DNA of 35,224 nt from an uncultured Syntrophomonadaceae bacterium. GTDB lineage: Bacteria; Bacillota; Syntrophomonadia; Syntrophomonadales; Syntrophomonadaceae. The stretch spans positions 1 to 35,224 of the forward strand of contig CALXSZ010000021.1 of the NCBI GenBank assembly GCA_944391275.1. The letters run 5' to 3'. A program made the translations under genes and the position numbers. Numbering within the stretch: position 1 is the first letter of the stretch; every line of letters starts with the position of its first letter. This document shows positions 21,356 to 33,200 of the stretch, in pieces. The notes beneath the pieces are model-generated. The model was not told the origin of the DNA and searched no databases. It was given only the letters and a program-made list of their open reading frames with translations.

Positions 21356-21517
21356 TGTGTTTTCCCTCCTACTCTGAGTTTTTATAAGGATTGGTTGACC
21401 GTGGCAATCAACTTCACTTCTACTTTTACCTGCGGTTATGCCATTTGGACAAAACTTCCACGTATCCTCTGGCGGCGGGCCTCACGAGGGAGAAATTCTC
21501 GTTCTCGCAATTTTGGC

Positions 21518-21829
21518 TCATAATTTAATCTCTATCTCCACTCCGGATGGTAAATCCAGATGCATAAGAGCATCGATCGCTTTAGGATTGGGATTTAAAA
21601 TATCGATTAAACGTTTGTGCGTACGCATTTCGAATTGTTCTCTGGAATCCTTATTAACATGCGGCGAACGCAGAATCGTGTAAACGCTTTTCTGTGTCGG
21701 CAATGGAATAGGACCGGAAACCTGTACGCCATTTTTCTTGGCCGTTTCAACAATCTTAACAGAAGATTGATCCAGCAATTTGTGGTCAAATGCTTTTAGT
21801 CTAATTCTTACTTTCTGCTGGTTACTCAA
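21518..21829 (-). CDS. rpsJ: 30S ribosomal protein S10, probable TTG start
   Basis: Contains [17 protein letters not shown] and [25 protein letters not shown]. The ORF-track TTG (21838) is only 1-2 nt after AAGGAGG; the second TTG (21829) is 10 nt after GGAGG. Confidence 0.9.
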   Translation of the reverse strand: MSNQQKVRIRLKAFDHKLLDQSSVKIVETAKKNGVQVSGPIPLPTQKSVYTILRSPHVNKDSREQFEMRTHKRLIDILNPNPKAIDALMHLDLPSGVEIEIKL

Positions 21830-21875
21830 TTCCGGCAAACCTCCTTAAAATACAACGATTATTTTTCACGCTTCC

Positions 21876-21922
21876 GGGCGTATAGTATGAACGGACATAC
21901 ACTGCCCGTTTACGATACGCCC
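21876..21922 (-). other. Stable nested stem-loop between tuf and rpsJ without a U-tract; processing/stability element or S10-operon leader structure
   Basis: Minus strand: outer 8-bp stem GGGCGTAT...ATACGCCC encloses an inner AACGG...CCGTT stem. It is followed by GGAAGCGTG, with no T run. Confidence 0.5.
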
Positions 21923-21938
21923 AGAATCGGAGAATAAA

Positions 21939-23138
21939 TTAATCAATCTTAGTAACCACGCCAGCGCCAACGGTTCTGCCGCCTTCGCGAATGGCGAAGC
22001 GTAAGCCTTCTTCAATGGCGATTGGGGTAATCAGATCGATGTGCATTTGTACGTTGTCTCCTGGCATCACCATTTCTACGCCTTCCGGTAGTTGGATTAC
22101 GCCGGTTACGTCGGTTGTTCTGAAGTAGAATTGGGGGCGGTATCCTCCGAAGAATGGGGTGTGTCTGCCGCCTTCTTCTTTGGTCAGTACGTATACTTCT
22201 GCGTCAAAGGAGGTCAGGGGTTTGATGCTGCCGGGTTTGGCTAGTACCATGCCTCTTTCGACGTCTTTGCGGTCTACGCCTCTTAGTAGGGTTCCGATGT
22301 TGTCTCCGGCTTCGGCGAAGTCTAGGAGTTTTCTAAACATTTCGACTCCGGTTACGACGTGTTTGCGGATGTCTTCTCTCATGCCTACGACTTCGACTTC
22401 GTCTCCGACTTTTACGATTCCTCTTTCGACTCTGCCTGTGGTGACGGTTCCTCTTCCGGTTATGGTGAATACGTCTTCAATGGGCATGAGGAAGGGTTTG
22501 TCGGTGGCTCGGTTGGGTTCGGGAATGTAGCTGTCTACGGCGTCCATCAGATCCCAGATTCTTCCGCACCATTCGCATTCTCTTTTTCCGCATCCGCATT
22601 CTAGGGCTTTTAAGGCGCTGCCTTTGATGATCGGGATGTCGTCTCCGGGGAATTCGTATTCGTTTAACAGTTCGCGGATTTCCATTTCTACGAGTTCTAA
22701 GAGTTCTTCGTCGTCTACTTGGTCGACTTTGTTCATGAATACGATGATGTAGGGTACTCCGACTTGTCTGGATAGGAGAATGTGTTCCCGGGTTTGGGGC
22801 ATGGGGCCGTCTGCGCTGCTTACGACTAGGATGGATCCATCCATTTGGGCGGCTCCGGTGATCATGTTTTTGATGTAGTCTGCGTGTCCTGGGCAGTCTA
22901 CGTGCGCATAGTGTCGTTTTTCGGTTTCGTATTCGACGTGCGCGGTGTTGATCGTGATTCCTCTGGCTTTTTCTTCGGGGGCTTTGTCGATTTCGTCGTA
23001 TGCGGTGGCTACGGCTCCGCCTACGCTTGACAGGGTTTTGGTGATTGCTGCTGTCAGCGTGGTTTTCCCGTGGTCTACGTGTCCGATGGTTCCGATGTTA
23101 AGGTGTGGTTTTGTTCTTTCAAACTTTGCCTTTGCCAT
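21939..23138 (-). CDS. tuf: Elongation factor Tu (399 aa) with a Cys4 insertion and atypical codon usage
   Basis: Contains [18 protein letters not shown] and NKVD. The start was moved to the ATG at 23138 ([12 protein letters not shown]), 8 nt after AAAGGTGA; the ORF-track GTG lies inside the RBS. Confidence 0.95.
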   Translation of the reverse strand: MAKAKFERTKPHLNIGTIGHVDHGKTTLTAAITKTLSSVGGAVATAYDEIDKAPEEKARGITINTAHVEYETEKRHYAHVDCPGHADYIKNMITGAAQMDGSILVVSSADGPMPQTREHILLSRQVGVPYIIVFMNKVDQVDDEELLELVEMEIRELLNEYEFPGDDIPIIKGSALKALECGCGKRECEWCGRIWDLMDAVDSYIPEPNRATDKPFLMPIEDVFTITGRGTVTTGRVERGIVKVGDEVEVVGMREDIRKHVVTGVEMFRKLLDFAEAGDNIGTLLRGVDRKDVERGMVLAKPGSIKPLTSFDAEVYVLTKEEGGRHTPFFGGYRPQFYFRTTDVTGVIQLPEGVEMVMPGDNVQMHIDLITPIAIEEGLRFAIREGGRTVGAGVVTKID

Positions 23139-23164
23139 TTCTTTCTTCACCTTTCTTTGATTTT

Positions 23165-25243
23165 TTAAAATTTGTTTTGATAATGAAATAAAATCTCTCG
23201 CGCTCGACTCTCGCCTACCCGCGCGTATTTCTCTGGTTGAAGGCTGAATCCCGCTCGTCCTTGACTAATTGAACGCAATACGGAAGAATAGCCAAACGTT
23301 TCGCCCAAAGGAATGGAACCCTTTACATTCTTCAAGGCCCCCATATCTTGGATATCCATGACCTGCCCGCGGCGAGCGTTCAGGTCGGCAATAATATCTC
23401 CCATGTATTCTTCCGGGGTTATGACTTGAATCATCATAATCGGTTCTAATAAGGTAGCCCCCGCCTTTTTCAAAGCTTCTTGCGTTGCCATTTCCGCCGC
23501 TACTTTAAAGGCCTGTTCACTTGAGCTGCCCTCGTGAAACTCCACTTTTACCACTCGCGCGCGTACATCATCCAATGGATAACCGGCTAAAACCCCTGAT
23601 TGTAGGGCTTCTTGCAAGCCATTTTCTAATGCCGACCTCAATTCTTTCCCAATCGTTTCCGGCGCTATGTCATTCTCCACGCAAATCCCTTTGCCTTCCT
23701 CTACCGGTTCCACTTGAACAACGACTCGTGCATATAAATTCTTTTCTCCGATCGTCCGTTCGAAAACCCCTTCCGCCTGAGCGGAACGAAGAATAGTTTC
23801 CCGATAAGCAACCTGCGGTTTCCCAACTTTTGCCTGAATACGAAATTCTTTCAGCAAACGGTCAATCATAATCTCTAAATGCAATTCACCCATTCCCGAA
23901 AGAATCCGCTGTCCACTTTCCTCATCAAACCGAACATGAAAACTGGGGTCTTCTTCCATTAGACGGCGCAACCCCTCATCCAATTTTTCTTCATCCGCTT
24001 TACTACGCGGTTCAATAACCCGATCAACAACCGGTTCCGGGAATTGGATGTTTTCCAAAACGACTGGGTGAAACTCATCGCAAAGCGTATCTCCCGTTCG
24101 CGTATATTTCAATCCCACTAGAGCAACAATGTCGCCCGCTTGGGTTTTCTGAATTTCCTCCCGATGATTCGCATGCATTCTTACAATACTATGAATTCGT
24201 TCCGTTTTCTGCCTTGTACTATTATAAACGCTTTGTCCGGTTTGTAAACTTCCAGAGAAAATCCTCACAAAAGATATTTTCCCGACATAAGAATCGATCA
24301 TCACTTTAAAAATCATCGCAACAAGCGGTCCATCCGGCGTTGGAGAACATAGAATTTTTTTATTTTGCTTCGGAGTCATTCCTTCAATCGATTCTCGGTC
24401 CAAAGGAGAAGGTAAAAAGTCATTTACTGCATCCAGCAACATTTGTACACCGCAATTTTTATAGGAACTTCCGCATAAAACCGGAACCATTCGGTTTCCA
24501 ATCGTTGCTTGACGGATGGCCTTCTTCAGTTCTTCCTGAGAGATCCATTCATTTTCCAAATATTTTTCCAGTATTTCATCATTTATTTCAGCAATCCGTT
24601 CCAGCAGCAACCCTCGATGCTCTTCTGCAACTTGTCGTTCCTGCTCCGTCAGATCCCTTACTTTTTGCGTGTCGCCCTTTTCGTCCAAATACTCCACCGC
24701 TTGCATATCGATCAAGTCGATAATCCCTATGAAAACTTCTTCTTTAAACAGTGGAAGCTGAACGGCAACCGCTTTGTTTCCCAAACGCTCATTCATCATG
24801 GAGACAACATGAAAAAAATCCGCACCCACGCGATCCATTTTATTGACATAAGCAATCCGCGGGACACGATACCGATCCGCTTGCCGCCAGACGGTTTCCG
24901 ACTGTGGCTCCACAGCGCCTACCGCGCAAAAAATCGCTATCGCCCCGTCCAAGACACGCAGCGTACGCTCGACCTCTGCAGTAAAGTCCACATGGCCGGG
25001 CGTGTCAATTAAGTTCACCCGACAACCTTTCCAAAGAAAGCTGGTTGCCGCCGCGGTAATGGTAATGCCACGTTCTTGCTCTTGTTCCATCCAATCCATC
25101 GTCGCAGTGCCTTTATCCACTTCTCCTATGCGATGAACTTTTTTACTATAATATAAGATTCGTTCGGTGGTGGTCGTTTTTCCGGCATCAATATGCGCCA
25201 TAATCCCAATATTTCTGATTTTGGCTAACTCATCACCTTGCAT
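23165..25243 (-). CDS. fusA: Elongation factor G family GTPase in the str-operon position; divergent from canonical EF-G in domain IV
   Basis: Contains [27 protein letters not shown] and GELHLEI. 692 aa. GGAG lies 9 nt upstream of the ATG. Confidence 0.85.
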   Translation of the reverse strand: MQGDELAKIRNIGIMAHIDAGKTTTTERILYYSKKVHRIGEVDKGTATMDWMEQEQERGITITAAATSFLWKGCRVNLIDTPGHVDFTAEVERTLRVLDGAIAIFCAVGAVEPQSETVWRQADRYRVPRIAYVNKMDRVGADFFHVVSMMNERLGNKAVAVQLPLFKEEVFIGIIDLIDMQAVEYLDEKGDTQKVRDLTEQERQVAEEHRGLLLERIAEINDEILEKYLENEWISQEELKKAIRQATIGNRMVPVLCGSSYKNCGVQMLLDAVNDFLPSPLDRESIEGMTPKQNKKILCSPTPDGPLVAMIFKVMIDSYVGKISFVRIFSGSLQTGQSVYNSTRQKTERIHSIVRMHANHREEIQKTQAGDIVALVGLKYTRTGDTLCDEFHPVVLENIQFPEPVVDRVIEPRSKADEEKLDEGLRRLMEEDPSFHVRFDEESGQRILSGMGELHLEIMIDRLLKEFRIQAKVGKPQVAYRETILRSAQAEGVFERTIGEKNLYARVVVQVEPVEEGKGICVENDIAPETIGKELRSALENGLQEALQSGVLAGYPLDDVRARVVKVEFHEGSSSEQAFKVAAEMATQEALKKAGATLLEPIMMIQVITPEEYMGDIIADLNARRGQVMDIQDMGALKNVKGSIPLGETFGYSSVLRSISQGRAGFSLQPEKYARVGESRAREILFHYQNKF

Positions 25244-25273
25244 GCCGTTCCACTCCTTATCCCGACGATCTTT

Positions 25274-25759
<486 letters not shown>

Positions 25760-26140
25760 CTATTTCTTCTTTTTAACTCTCTTAGCCCCATATTTGGAAC
25801 GCGCCTGGTTGCGGTTTTGCACGCCGGCTGTATCTAACGTTCCCCGGATAATATGGTAACGAACCCCTGGCAGATCTTTTACTCTCCCGCCACGAATCAA
25901 TACCACAGAGTGTTCCTGCAAATTGTGCCCAATACCCGGAATATAAGAGGTAACTTCTATTCCATTGCTTAAGCGAACTCTGGCGATTTTCCGCAACGCT
26001 GAGTTTGGCTTTTTCGGGGTTGTCGTATAAACACGCGTACACACCCCCCGTTTTTGCGGGCAACTCTTTAACGCCGGGGCATTTGATTTTTGCGCCAGCT
26101 GTTGACGGCCTTTTCGAACCAATTGATTAATGGTTGGCAT
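25760..26140 (-). CDS. rpsL: 30S ribosomal protein S12
   Basis: Begins [12 protein letters not shown] and contains [11 protein letters not shown] and [14 protein letters not shown]. Confidence 0.95.
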   Translation of the reverse strand: MPTINQLVRKGRQQLAQKSNAPALKSCPQKRGVCTRVYTTTPKKPNSALRKIARVRLSNGIEVTSYIPGIGHNLQEHSVVLIRGGRVKDLPGVRYHIIRGTLDTAGVQNRNQARSKYGAKRVKKKK

Positions 26141-26400
26141 GACGTTTTCCTCCTTTCCCCTATATTTTCATACGTAACGCCACCACTGATAAAACCAGCA
26201 TCATCGTGGACTTTCGGGTTTCTCCATGCTTTTCGAGCGCTCTGTTCCCGCCTGCGACACGCCGCAGAACTCCGGGTTCATCACCGCATGGAGATCAGCG
26301 TCAGTGGCGAGATATTACTTCATTCCGCTCCTGCAAAGCGTCGGTTTTCCCCCCACTTGCATGAAGGCGCACGACAGTAATCGCGTTTTACATCGCACAC
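26141..26400 (-). promoter_or_regulatory. Long (~260 nt) GC-rich structured 5' leader of the rpsL-rpsG-fusA-tuf operon; function unknown
   Basis: It lies between a near-consensus promoter and the rpsL RBS (GGAAAGGAGG). An 8-bp long-range helix, CTCCATGC (26286-26293) with GCATGGAG (26222-26229), encloses a CTGCG-GCGTGT-CGCAG hairpin (26252-26267). No credible ORF. Confidence 0.5.
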
Positions 26401-26406
26401 TTCTGT

Positions 26407-26436
26407 ATTATATAACTTTCCATTCATGCAAGTCAA
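26407..26436 (-). promoter_or_regulatory. Sigma-A-type promoter of the str operon
   Basis: Minus strand: TTGACT (26431-26436), 18-nt spacer, TATAAT (26407-26412). An A/T-rich tract lies upstream. Confidence 0.6.
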
Positions 26437-26504
26437 ACCCATTTTCCTGTTTTTTTATAAAATTTCAAAAATCTTTCCGATCTTTTCAGTACTTTTTTCG
26501 GCGT

Positions 26505-26545
26505 TAAAAAGATGGGAGTCTGGAATGCCTACATCCCAAACTCCC
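26505..26545 (-). terminator. Intrinsic terminator downstream of rpoC
   Basis: Minus strand: GGGAGTTTGGGATG-TAGG-CATTCCAGACTCCC (imperfect hairpin) followed by ATCTTTTT. Confidence 0.65.
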
Positions 26546-26558
26546 TTGTTCATTTCGA

Positions 26559-29500
26559 TTACACTTCTACCGTTACACCCTGTTCATCGCTTAAGTTTTC
26601 CGAGAAACTCTCCGTTTCTGCATAAATTTCTTCCGCGTTCTCCTCAGACACATTCTCGTTCGCCGAAGGAACAATTTCCATATCGGAATAAAGCGGGTAC
26701 CCGGTTCCCGCCGGAATCAGTTTACCGATAATTACATTCTCTTTTAACCCAATCAAATCATCCGTTTTGCCTTTAATAGCGGCTTCTGTCAGAACCTTCG
26801 TCGTTTCTTGGAAAGAAGCGGCGGATAGGAATGAATCCGTATTCAAGGAAGCCTTGGTGATTCCCAAAAGCAAAGAAGAGCACACCGCAGGCAATCTTCC
26901 CGCACGAATCGCTTCCAAATTTTGTCTTTCAAAAACGGTTATATCTTCATACGCGCCAGGCAACATGGTTGTTCCACCCGATTCTTCAATTTTAACCTTC
27001 TTCATCATCTGGCGGATCATGATTTCAATGTGTTTATCGCTGATATCAACCCCCTGAGAGCGATAAACCTTTTGAACTTCCTGTAAAATATAATTTTGCA
27101 CAGCCTGCGTTCCCTTGGTTTTTAAAATATCATGGGGATTTAAAGGTCCTTCCGTTAAGGCATCGCCAAATTCGACAAATTCTCCTTCGCTCACTTTTAA
27201 ACGCGATCCATAATTGACTAAATACGCTTCCAATTGTACGCCGTTTTCGTCAACAATTTGAATTTCGCGACGGCCTTTGTTTTCTCCAAAGCGGACATAA
27301 CCGGATTTTTCAGTAACCAACGCCTGCCCTTTGGGTTTCCTAACCTCAAACAATTCTTCGACGCGCGGAAGACCTCGGGTGATATCTTCTCCCGCGATTC
27401 CTCCTGTATGGAAGGTCCGCATGGTCAATTGCGTACCGGGTTCGCCGATGGATTGGGCCGCAACCGTTCCAACCGCTTCGCCAATTTCAACGTCGTACCC
27501 TGTAGCTAAATTCCGTCCATAACATTGTTTACAAACTCCGTGTTTAATTTTGCATGTCAAAATGCTTCGGATTTTCACCCGCTCAATACCCAATTTTTCA
27601 ATGAGTTTCCCGGTTTCATCATCAATCATTTCGTTTTCATGCACAAGGACTTCTCCGGTGAGCGGATGACGGATTTCCTCCAGTGAAACGCGTCCGATAA
27701 TACGTTCCCGAAGCGGTTCAATCAGTTGATTACCCTCCATGATTTTTTCCACCCAGATCCCGTCATGGGTATGGCAGTCTTCTTCGCGAATGATAACATC
27801 CTGGGATACATCCACTAACCGTCGCGTTAAATACCCCGAATCAGCGGTTCTTAAGGCCGTATCAGCCAAACCTTTGCGAGCGCCGTGCGTTGAAATAAAA
27901 TATTCCAACACGCGCAACCCCTCGCGGAAGTTGGCCTTGATCGGCAAATCGATGATCTTTCCTTGCGGATCCGCCATTAAACCACGCATTCCGGCTAATT
28001 GACGAATTTGCGTGAAATTTCCGCGGGCTCCGGAGTTCGCCATCATATAAACCGAATTATCCTCGGTTAAATAATCTTGCAATGCCTTTGTAACGTCGTC
28101 CGTAGCCTTTTCCCAAACGGCGACCACCTGTTTATGGCGATCCTCCTCCGTTAAAAGGCCCAGTTCAAACTCATCTTTAATAAAAGCCACTTCTTCATCC
28201 GCCGCTTTGAGGATATCCCATTTTTGCGGAGGCGTCTGGAAATCGCTGAACCCGACGCTGATTCCAGCGCGGCAAGCGAACTTATACCCCAGGCTTTTGA
28301 TTCCGTCCAACATCTCAGCCGTTCCGTTATTGCCTTCTTTTACATAGCAATCGTACACGATGTTGCCCAATTTCTTCTTATCAATGACTTCATTATAATA
28401 ACCCAAACTATCTGGAATAATCGTATTCAAAATCAATCGGCCTACCGAAGTTTCCAGCATATAATGCGTATCTTTTGGGTTTTCCGGATTATTTTTGGGC
28501 ATACGAACCCGAATTTTTTCATGCAACGTAATATCTTTTAAATCGTAGGCTAATTCCGCTTCCATTTGCGAACTAAAGGTGCGCGGATTTTCCTTCGCCA
28601 GATCTTCCGGACTCATATAACTCAAATAGTAAACGCCTAATACCATATCCTGTGTCGGCGTACAAACCGGTTTCCCATCTTTCGGATTCAAAATATTATT
28701 GCTGGCCAACATCAGCAATCGGGCTTCCGTTTGTGCTTCTGCGGACAAGGGCAAGTGAATCGCCATCTGATCTCCATCAAAATCGGCGTTATACGCTGTA
28801 CAAACCAATGGATGCAACTGCAAAGCGCGTCCATCCACCAACTGCGGTTCAAAGGCCTGAATACCCAACCGGTGTAACGTAGGCGCGCGGTTTAAAAGAA
28901 CCGGGTGTCCTTTGATAACCTCTTCTAAAATATCCCACACTTCTTCGCGTCCACGTTCGACAAATTTTTTGGAACTCTTGATGTTATTGGCAATACCCTT
29001 TTCCACCAATTTCTTCATAACAAAGGGTTTAAACAATTCGAGCGCCATTTCTTTGGGAACGCCGCACTGATGCATTTTTAAATTCGGGCCTACCACGATA
29101 ACGGAACGCCCCGAATAATCCACTCGTTTTCCTAACAGATTTTGACGAAAACGCCCCTGTTTCCCTTTCAGCATGTCGCTTAAGGATTTTAAAGGACGGT
29201 TCCCCGGACCGGTTACCGGACGGCCTCGACGCCCGTTATCAATCAAAGCGTCTACCGCTTCTTGCAGCATCCTTTTTTCATTCCGTACAATAATATCCGG
29301 CGCACCCAAATCCAGTAAGCGTTTTAAACGGTTATTGCGATTTATGACTCGACGATAGAGATCATTGAGATCCGATGTGGCAAAACGTCCTCCATCTAAC
29401 TGTACCATCGGCCGAATCTCCGGCGGCACTACGGGTAAAACCGTCAAAACCATCCATTCCGGTTTGTTTCCGGATTGGCGGAAGGATTCCACCACTTCCA

Positions 29501-30134
29501 AACGCTTAATTGCCCGGCTTTTTCGCTGTCCGCTGGTCGAAAGCACTTCCTGCCGCAGTTGCTCGGACATTTCTTCCAAGTCCACTTCCTGCAAAAGCTT
29601 ATGGATTGCTTCCGCCCCGATTGACGCCTGAATTGTTGCTCCATATTCAGGATTAGCGCAATATTCATGATATTCTTTTTCACTTAGCAGCTGATTTTTA
29701 TGCAGAGGACTCTCGCCTGGATCAATCACAATATAATTGACAAAATAGATTACACGTTCCAAACTTTTGGGCGAAATGTCCAAAAGAAGTCCCATTCGGC
29801 TTGGAATTCCCTTCAGATACCAAATATGGGAAACAGGCGCAGCCAATTCAATATGCCCCATGCGTTCGCGCCGCACCTTGGACGTGGTCACTTCTACCCC
29901 GCAACGATCGCAAACGATCCCTTTATGGCGAATGCGTTTATATTTTCCGCAATGACATTCCCAATCTTTGACCGGGCCAAAGATTTTTTCACAGTACAAT
30001 CCTTCTTTTTCAGGTTTTAAGGTTCTATAGTTGATTGTTTCCGGCTTTTTTACTTCACCGCTGCTCCAAGCCCGAATTTTTTCCGGGGACGCCAGCGAAA
30101 TTTTTATTCGTTTAAACTTGTTTACATCCAGCAA
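26559..30134 (-). CDS. rpoC: DNA-directed RNA polymerase subunit beta', TTG start
   Basis: Begins [24 protein letters not shown]. Contains the zinc motif [20 protein letters not shown] and the catalytic NADFDGD. The TTG is 8 nt after AAGGGAG. Confidence 0.96.
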   Translation of the reverse strand: MLDVNKFKRIKISLASPEKIRAWSSGEVKKPETINYRTLKPEKEGLYCEKIFGPVKDWECHCGKYKRIRHKGIVCDRCGVEVTTSKVRRERMGHIELAAPVSHIWYLKGIPSRMGLLLDISPKSLERVIYFVNYIVIDPGESPLHKNQLLSEKEYHEYCANPEYGATIQASIGAEAIHKLLQEVDLEEMSEQLRQEVLSTSGQRKSRAIKRLEVVESFRQSGNKPEWMVLTVLPVVPPEIRPMVQLDGGRFATSDLNDLYRRVINRNNRLKRLLDLGAPDIIVRNEKRMLQEAVDALIDNGRRGRPVTGPGNRPLKSLSDMLKGKQGRFRQNLLGKRVDYSGRSVIVVGPNLKMHQCGVPKEMALELFKPFVMKKLVEKGIANNIKSSKKFVERGREEVWDILEEVIKGHPVLLNRAPTLHRLGIQAFEPQLVDGRALQLHPLVCTAYNADFDGDQMAIHLPLSAEAQTEARLLMLASNNILNPKDGKPVCTPTQDMVLGVYYLSYMSPEDLAKENPRTFSSQMEAELAYDLKDITLHEKIRVRMPKNNPENPKDTHYMLETSVGRLILNTIIPDSLGYYNEVIDKKKLGNIVYDCYVKEGNNGTAEMLDGIKSLGYKFACRAGISVGFSDFQTPPQKWDILKAADEEVAFIKDEFELGLLTEEDRHKQVVAVWEKATDDVTKALQDYLTEDNSVYMMANSGARGNFTQIRQLAGMRGLMADPQGKIIDLPIKANFREGLRVLEYFISTHGARKGLADTALRTADSGYLTRRLVDVSQDVIIREEDCHTHDGIWVEKIMEGNQLIEPLRERIIGRVSLEEIRHPLTGEVLVHENEMIDDETGKLIEKLGIERVKIRSILTCKIKHGVCKQCYGRNLATGYDVEIGEAVGTVAAQSIGEPGTQLTMRTFHTGGIAGEDITRGLPRVEELFEVRKPKGQALVTEKSGYVRFGENKGRREIQIVDENGVQLEAYLVNYGSRLKVSEGEFVEFGDALTEGPLNPHDILKTKGTQAVQNYILQEVQKVYRSQGVDISDKHIEIMIRQMMKKVKIEESGGTTMLPGAYEDITVFERQNLEAIRAGRLPAVCSSLLLGITKASLNTDSFLSAASFQETTKVLTEAAIKGKTDDLIGLKENVIIGKLIPAGTGYPLYSDMEIVPSANENVSEENAEEIYAETESFSENLSDEQGVTVEV

Positions 30135-30217
30135 GCCACTCTCTCCCTTCTGAGCTTTTCCCGCTCAAACTCGTGATGCGTAACGGTCGCATCATTTCAT
30201 AAGGAAGCGTCAACCCT

Positions 30218-33200
30218 CTATTCTTCATCTTCTAAATCTTCAATATCTTCCACATCGCGATCCGCTTGCAAACGGTTCAAATGTTCCAATAAGAATTCAT
30301 CCTCCGGAGGTTCCATAAAATCCTCTTCTTCGGCAAGGTCATCTTTTTCCTCTAAAAGATCCCCTTCCTCGTCTACCGTATCATCGAAATCATCCAGGCT
30401 GTCTGTCGACCCCGTGATCGTATTGGGAACGATATTCTCCGGAACGTCTACACCTAATAAACGGCCTTTTTCTTTTTCGTTTACGCCGTCCGTGTCGTTT
30501 TCGCGTATGTCGATTTCTTCATTATCTGCAGAAAGAATTTGTATATCCAACGCTAAACTTTGAAGCTCCTTGATCAAAACTTTGAACCCTTCCGGGACTC
30601 CAGGCTGCGGAATATTCTCCCCTTTAACAATGGCTTCATACGTTTTCAGACGTCCCACGACGTCATCGGATTTCACCGTAAGAATTTCCTGTAAAGTATA
30701 GGCGGCGCCATAGGCCTCCAACGCCCATACTTCCATTTCCCCGAACCGTTGTCCGCCAAACTGCGCTTTTCCGCCTAAAGGCTGTTGCGTAACCAACGAA
30801 TACGGGCCGATCGAGCGGGCGTGAATCTTATCGTCCACTAAATGCGCCAACTTCAGCATATAAACGTATCCTACGGTTACTTCGTTATCAAAAAATTCTC
30901 CCGTTCGTCCGTCTCTCAGGCGCGCCTTTCCATTCATCGGAAGCCCGGCTTTTTGCCGCATTTCCAAAATATCTTCTTCATGAGCCCCATCAAATACGGG
31001 CGTTGCAACGTGCAATCCCAATTCGTGCGCAACCCAACCCATATGGCACTCCAAAATTTGTCCAATATTCATACGCGAAGGGACGCCCAATGGGTTCAAT
31101 ACAATTTGAACCGGCGTGCCATCTTCCAAATAAGGCATGTCTTCTTCCGGTAGCACACGGGAAATAACCCCCTTGTTTCCATGCCGGCCCGCCATTTTAT
31201 CTCCCTGGGAAATTTTGCGTTTTTGCGCAATATACACCCGGACGAGACGGTTAACGCCCGGAGGCAATTCATCGCCGTTTTCACGATAGAAACGCTTCAC
31301 CGCCACAATTTTCCCTGCTTCTCCATGCGGAACCCGCAAAGAAGAATCGCGTACTTCCCTGGCTTTTTCGCCAAAGATGGCCCGCAGCAAACGCTCTTCC
31401 GGCGTCAGTTCCGTCTCGCCTTTCGGCGTAACTTTCCCAACTAAAATGTCATCCGGTCGCACCTCCGCGCCGACCCGAATCACCCCTTGTTCATCCAAAT
31501 TTTTCAGCATGTCTTCTGAAACATTCGGAATATCGCGCGTAATTTCTTCCGGACCCAATTTGGTATCTCGCGCTTCGCATTCATACTCTTCAATATGAAT
31601 GGATGTAAAGACATCTTCTTTAACGAGTTTTTCGGAAAGCAAGATGGCGTCTTCGTAATTATATCCTTCCCATGGCATAAAAGCCACAAGCACATTCCGT
31701 CCTAGAGCCAATTCCCCTTGATCGGTACTGGGTCCGTCCGCAATAATGCGGTTTTTCTCAATGCGCTCACCCTTCTTCACAATCGGACGCTGATTATAGC
31801 ACATCCCCTGATTGGACCGCATAAATTTCATCAAATAATACGTGCGGGTTTTCCCTGAGTCCTCTAAAACATCAATATGATCGGCGCTGACATACGTAAC
31901 GATTCCGTCCGCCTCACTAACAATAACCGAACCTGAATCTTTCGCACACTTATATTCCATGCCCGTCCCAACGATTGGCGCTTCCGTTTTGATGACCGGT
32001 ACCGCTTGGCGCTGCATGTTTGCTCCCATTAGCGCACGGTTCGCATCGTCATTTTCCAAAAACGGAATGAGCGACGTCGCCACGCTGAATACCTGTTTGG
32101 GCGATACGTCGATATAATCAACATCCTCAACCGGAATTTCCACTGTTTCTTCTGCGCTGCGGGCTTCGACCATTTCTTCTTGGAATCTTCCTTCCGCATC
32201 AACCGGCGCATTCGCTTGGGCAATTTTATAATTTTCTTCTTCGTCCGCAGACAGGTAATCAATCTCGTTTAGTATTCGATGCTCTTTTTTATCAACTTTG
32301 CGATAAGGCGTCTCAATAAACCCAAAATCATTTACGCGCGCAAAAGTCGCCAAAGACCCAATCAAACCAATATTAGGGCCTTCTGGCGTTTCAATCGGGC
32401 AAATTCGTCCATAGTGCGAAGGATGGACGTCACGGACTTGGAAGCCGGCGCGTTCACGGGTTAACCCACCCGGCCCTAAAGCGCTTAACCGGCGCTTATG
32501 GGTTAATTCCGCCAACGGGTTGGTTTGATCCATAAATTGCGACAGTTGGGAACTTCCAAAAAACTCCTTAATCGCGGCTGTAATCGGTCGGATGTTAATT
32601 AATAATTGTGGCGTTAATGTTTCAGCATCATGGATACTCATCCGTTCCCGAACCACCCGTTCCATCCGGACCAGTCCCGTACGAAATTGATTCTGGAGCA
32701 ATTCCCCAATCGACCGTAAACGGCGATTTCCCAAATGATCTATTACATCCGTTTTCCCCTGCCCTTTAATCAATTTTAAAATATAACGAATGGTTTCGAT
32801 CATATCTTCTTTGGTTAAATGATGGACGTCTTCCGGAATATGCAATCCCAGTTTTTTATTGACCTTGTACCGTCCTACAGTCGCCATATCGTAGCGACGC
32901 GGGTCAAAAAACAAATTATTCAATAGCTGCTCTGCGGCGTCTTCCGTTGCCAGTTCGCCTGGACGCAGCCGGCGATAAAATTCTAATAGCGCTTCTTTGC
33001 GATTGGTTGTGGTTGTATCTTTTTCAAGTGATTTTGCGATATTTTCATCATTGTCAAATAATTCCAGGATGGCTTCATTACTTTCATACCCAATTGCACG
33101 CAAAACAACGGAAACAATTAATTTCCGCGTCTTATCAATCTTCGCATAAATGGCGCCCGAACTATCCATTTCTAATTCAAACCAGGCCCCGCGATTGGGA

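Noticed and set aside
22159-22604. Plus-strand ORFs antisense to tuf (123 aa and 81 aa, rich in V/F/G/S/D); possible overlapping antisense gene that would explain the codon bias
   Set aside because: They are a by-product of A/C-ending sense codons, which give G/T-initial antisense codons. tuf freely uses CTA, TTA and TCA, each of which creates an antisense stop, so no long antisense frame is maintained. No RBS is present.
26141-26400. Possible decayed L7Ae-like (ybxF/rplGB) pseudogene in the rpoC-rpsL spacer
   Set aside because: Three-frame translation gives only short stretches interrupted by stops, such as ASGGKTDALQERNEVISRH*. None carries the conserved C-terminal LG..CGI.VGAA signature. 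The resemblance is too weak to claim.
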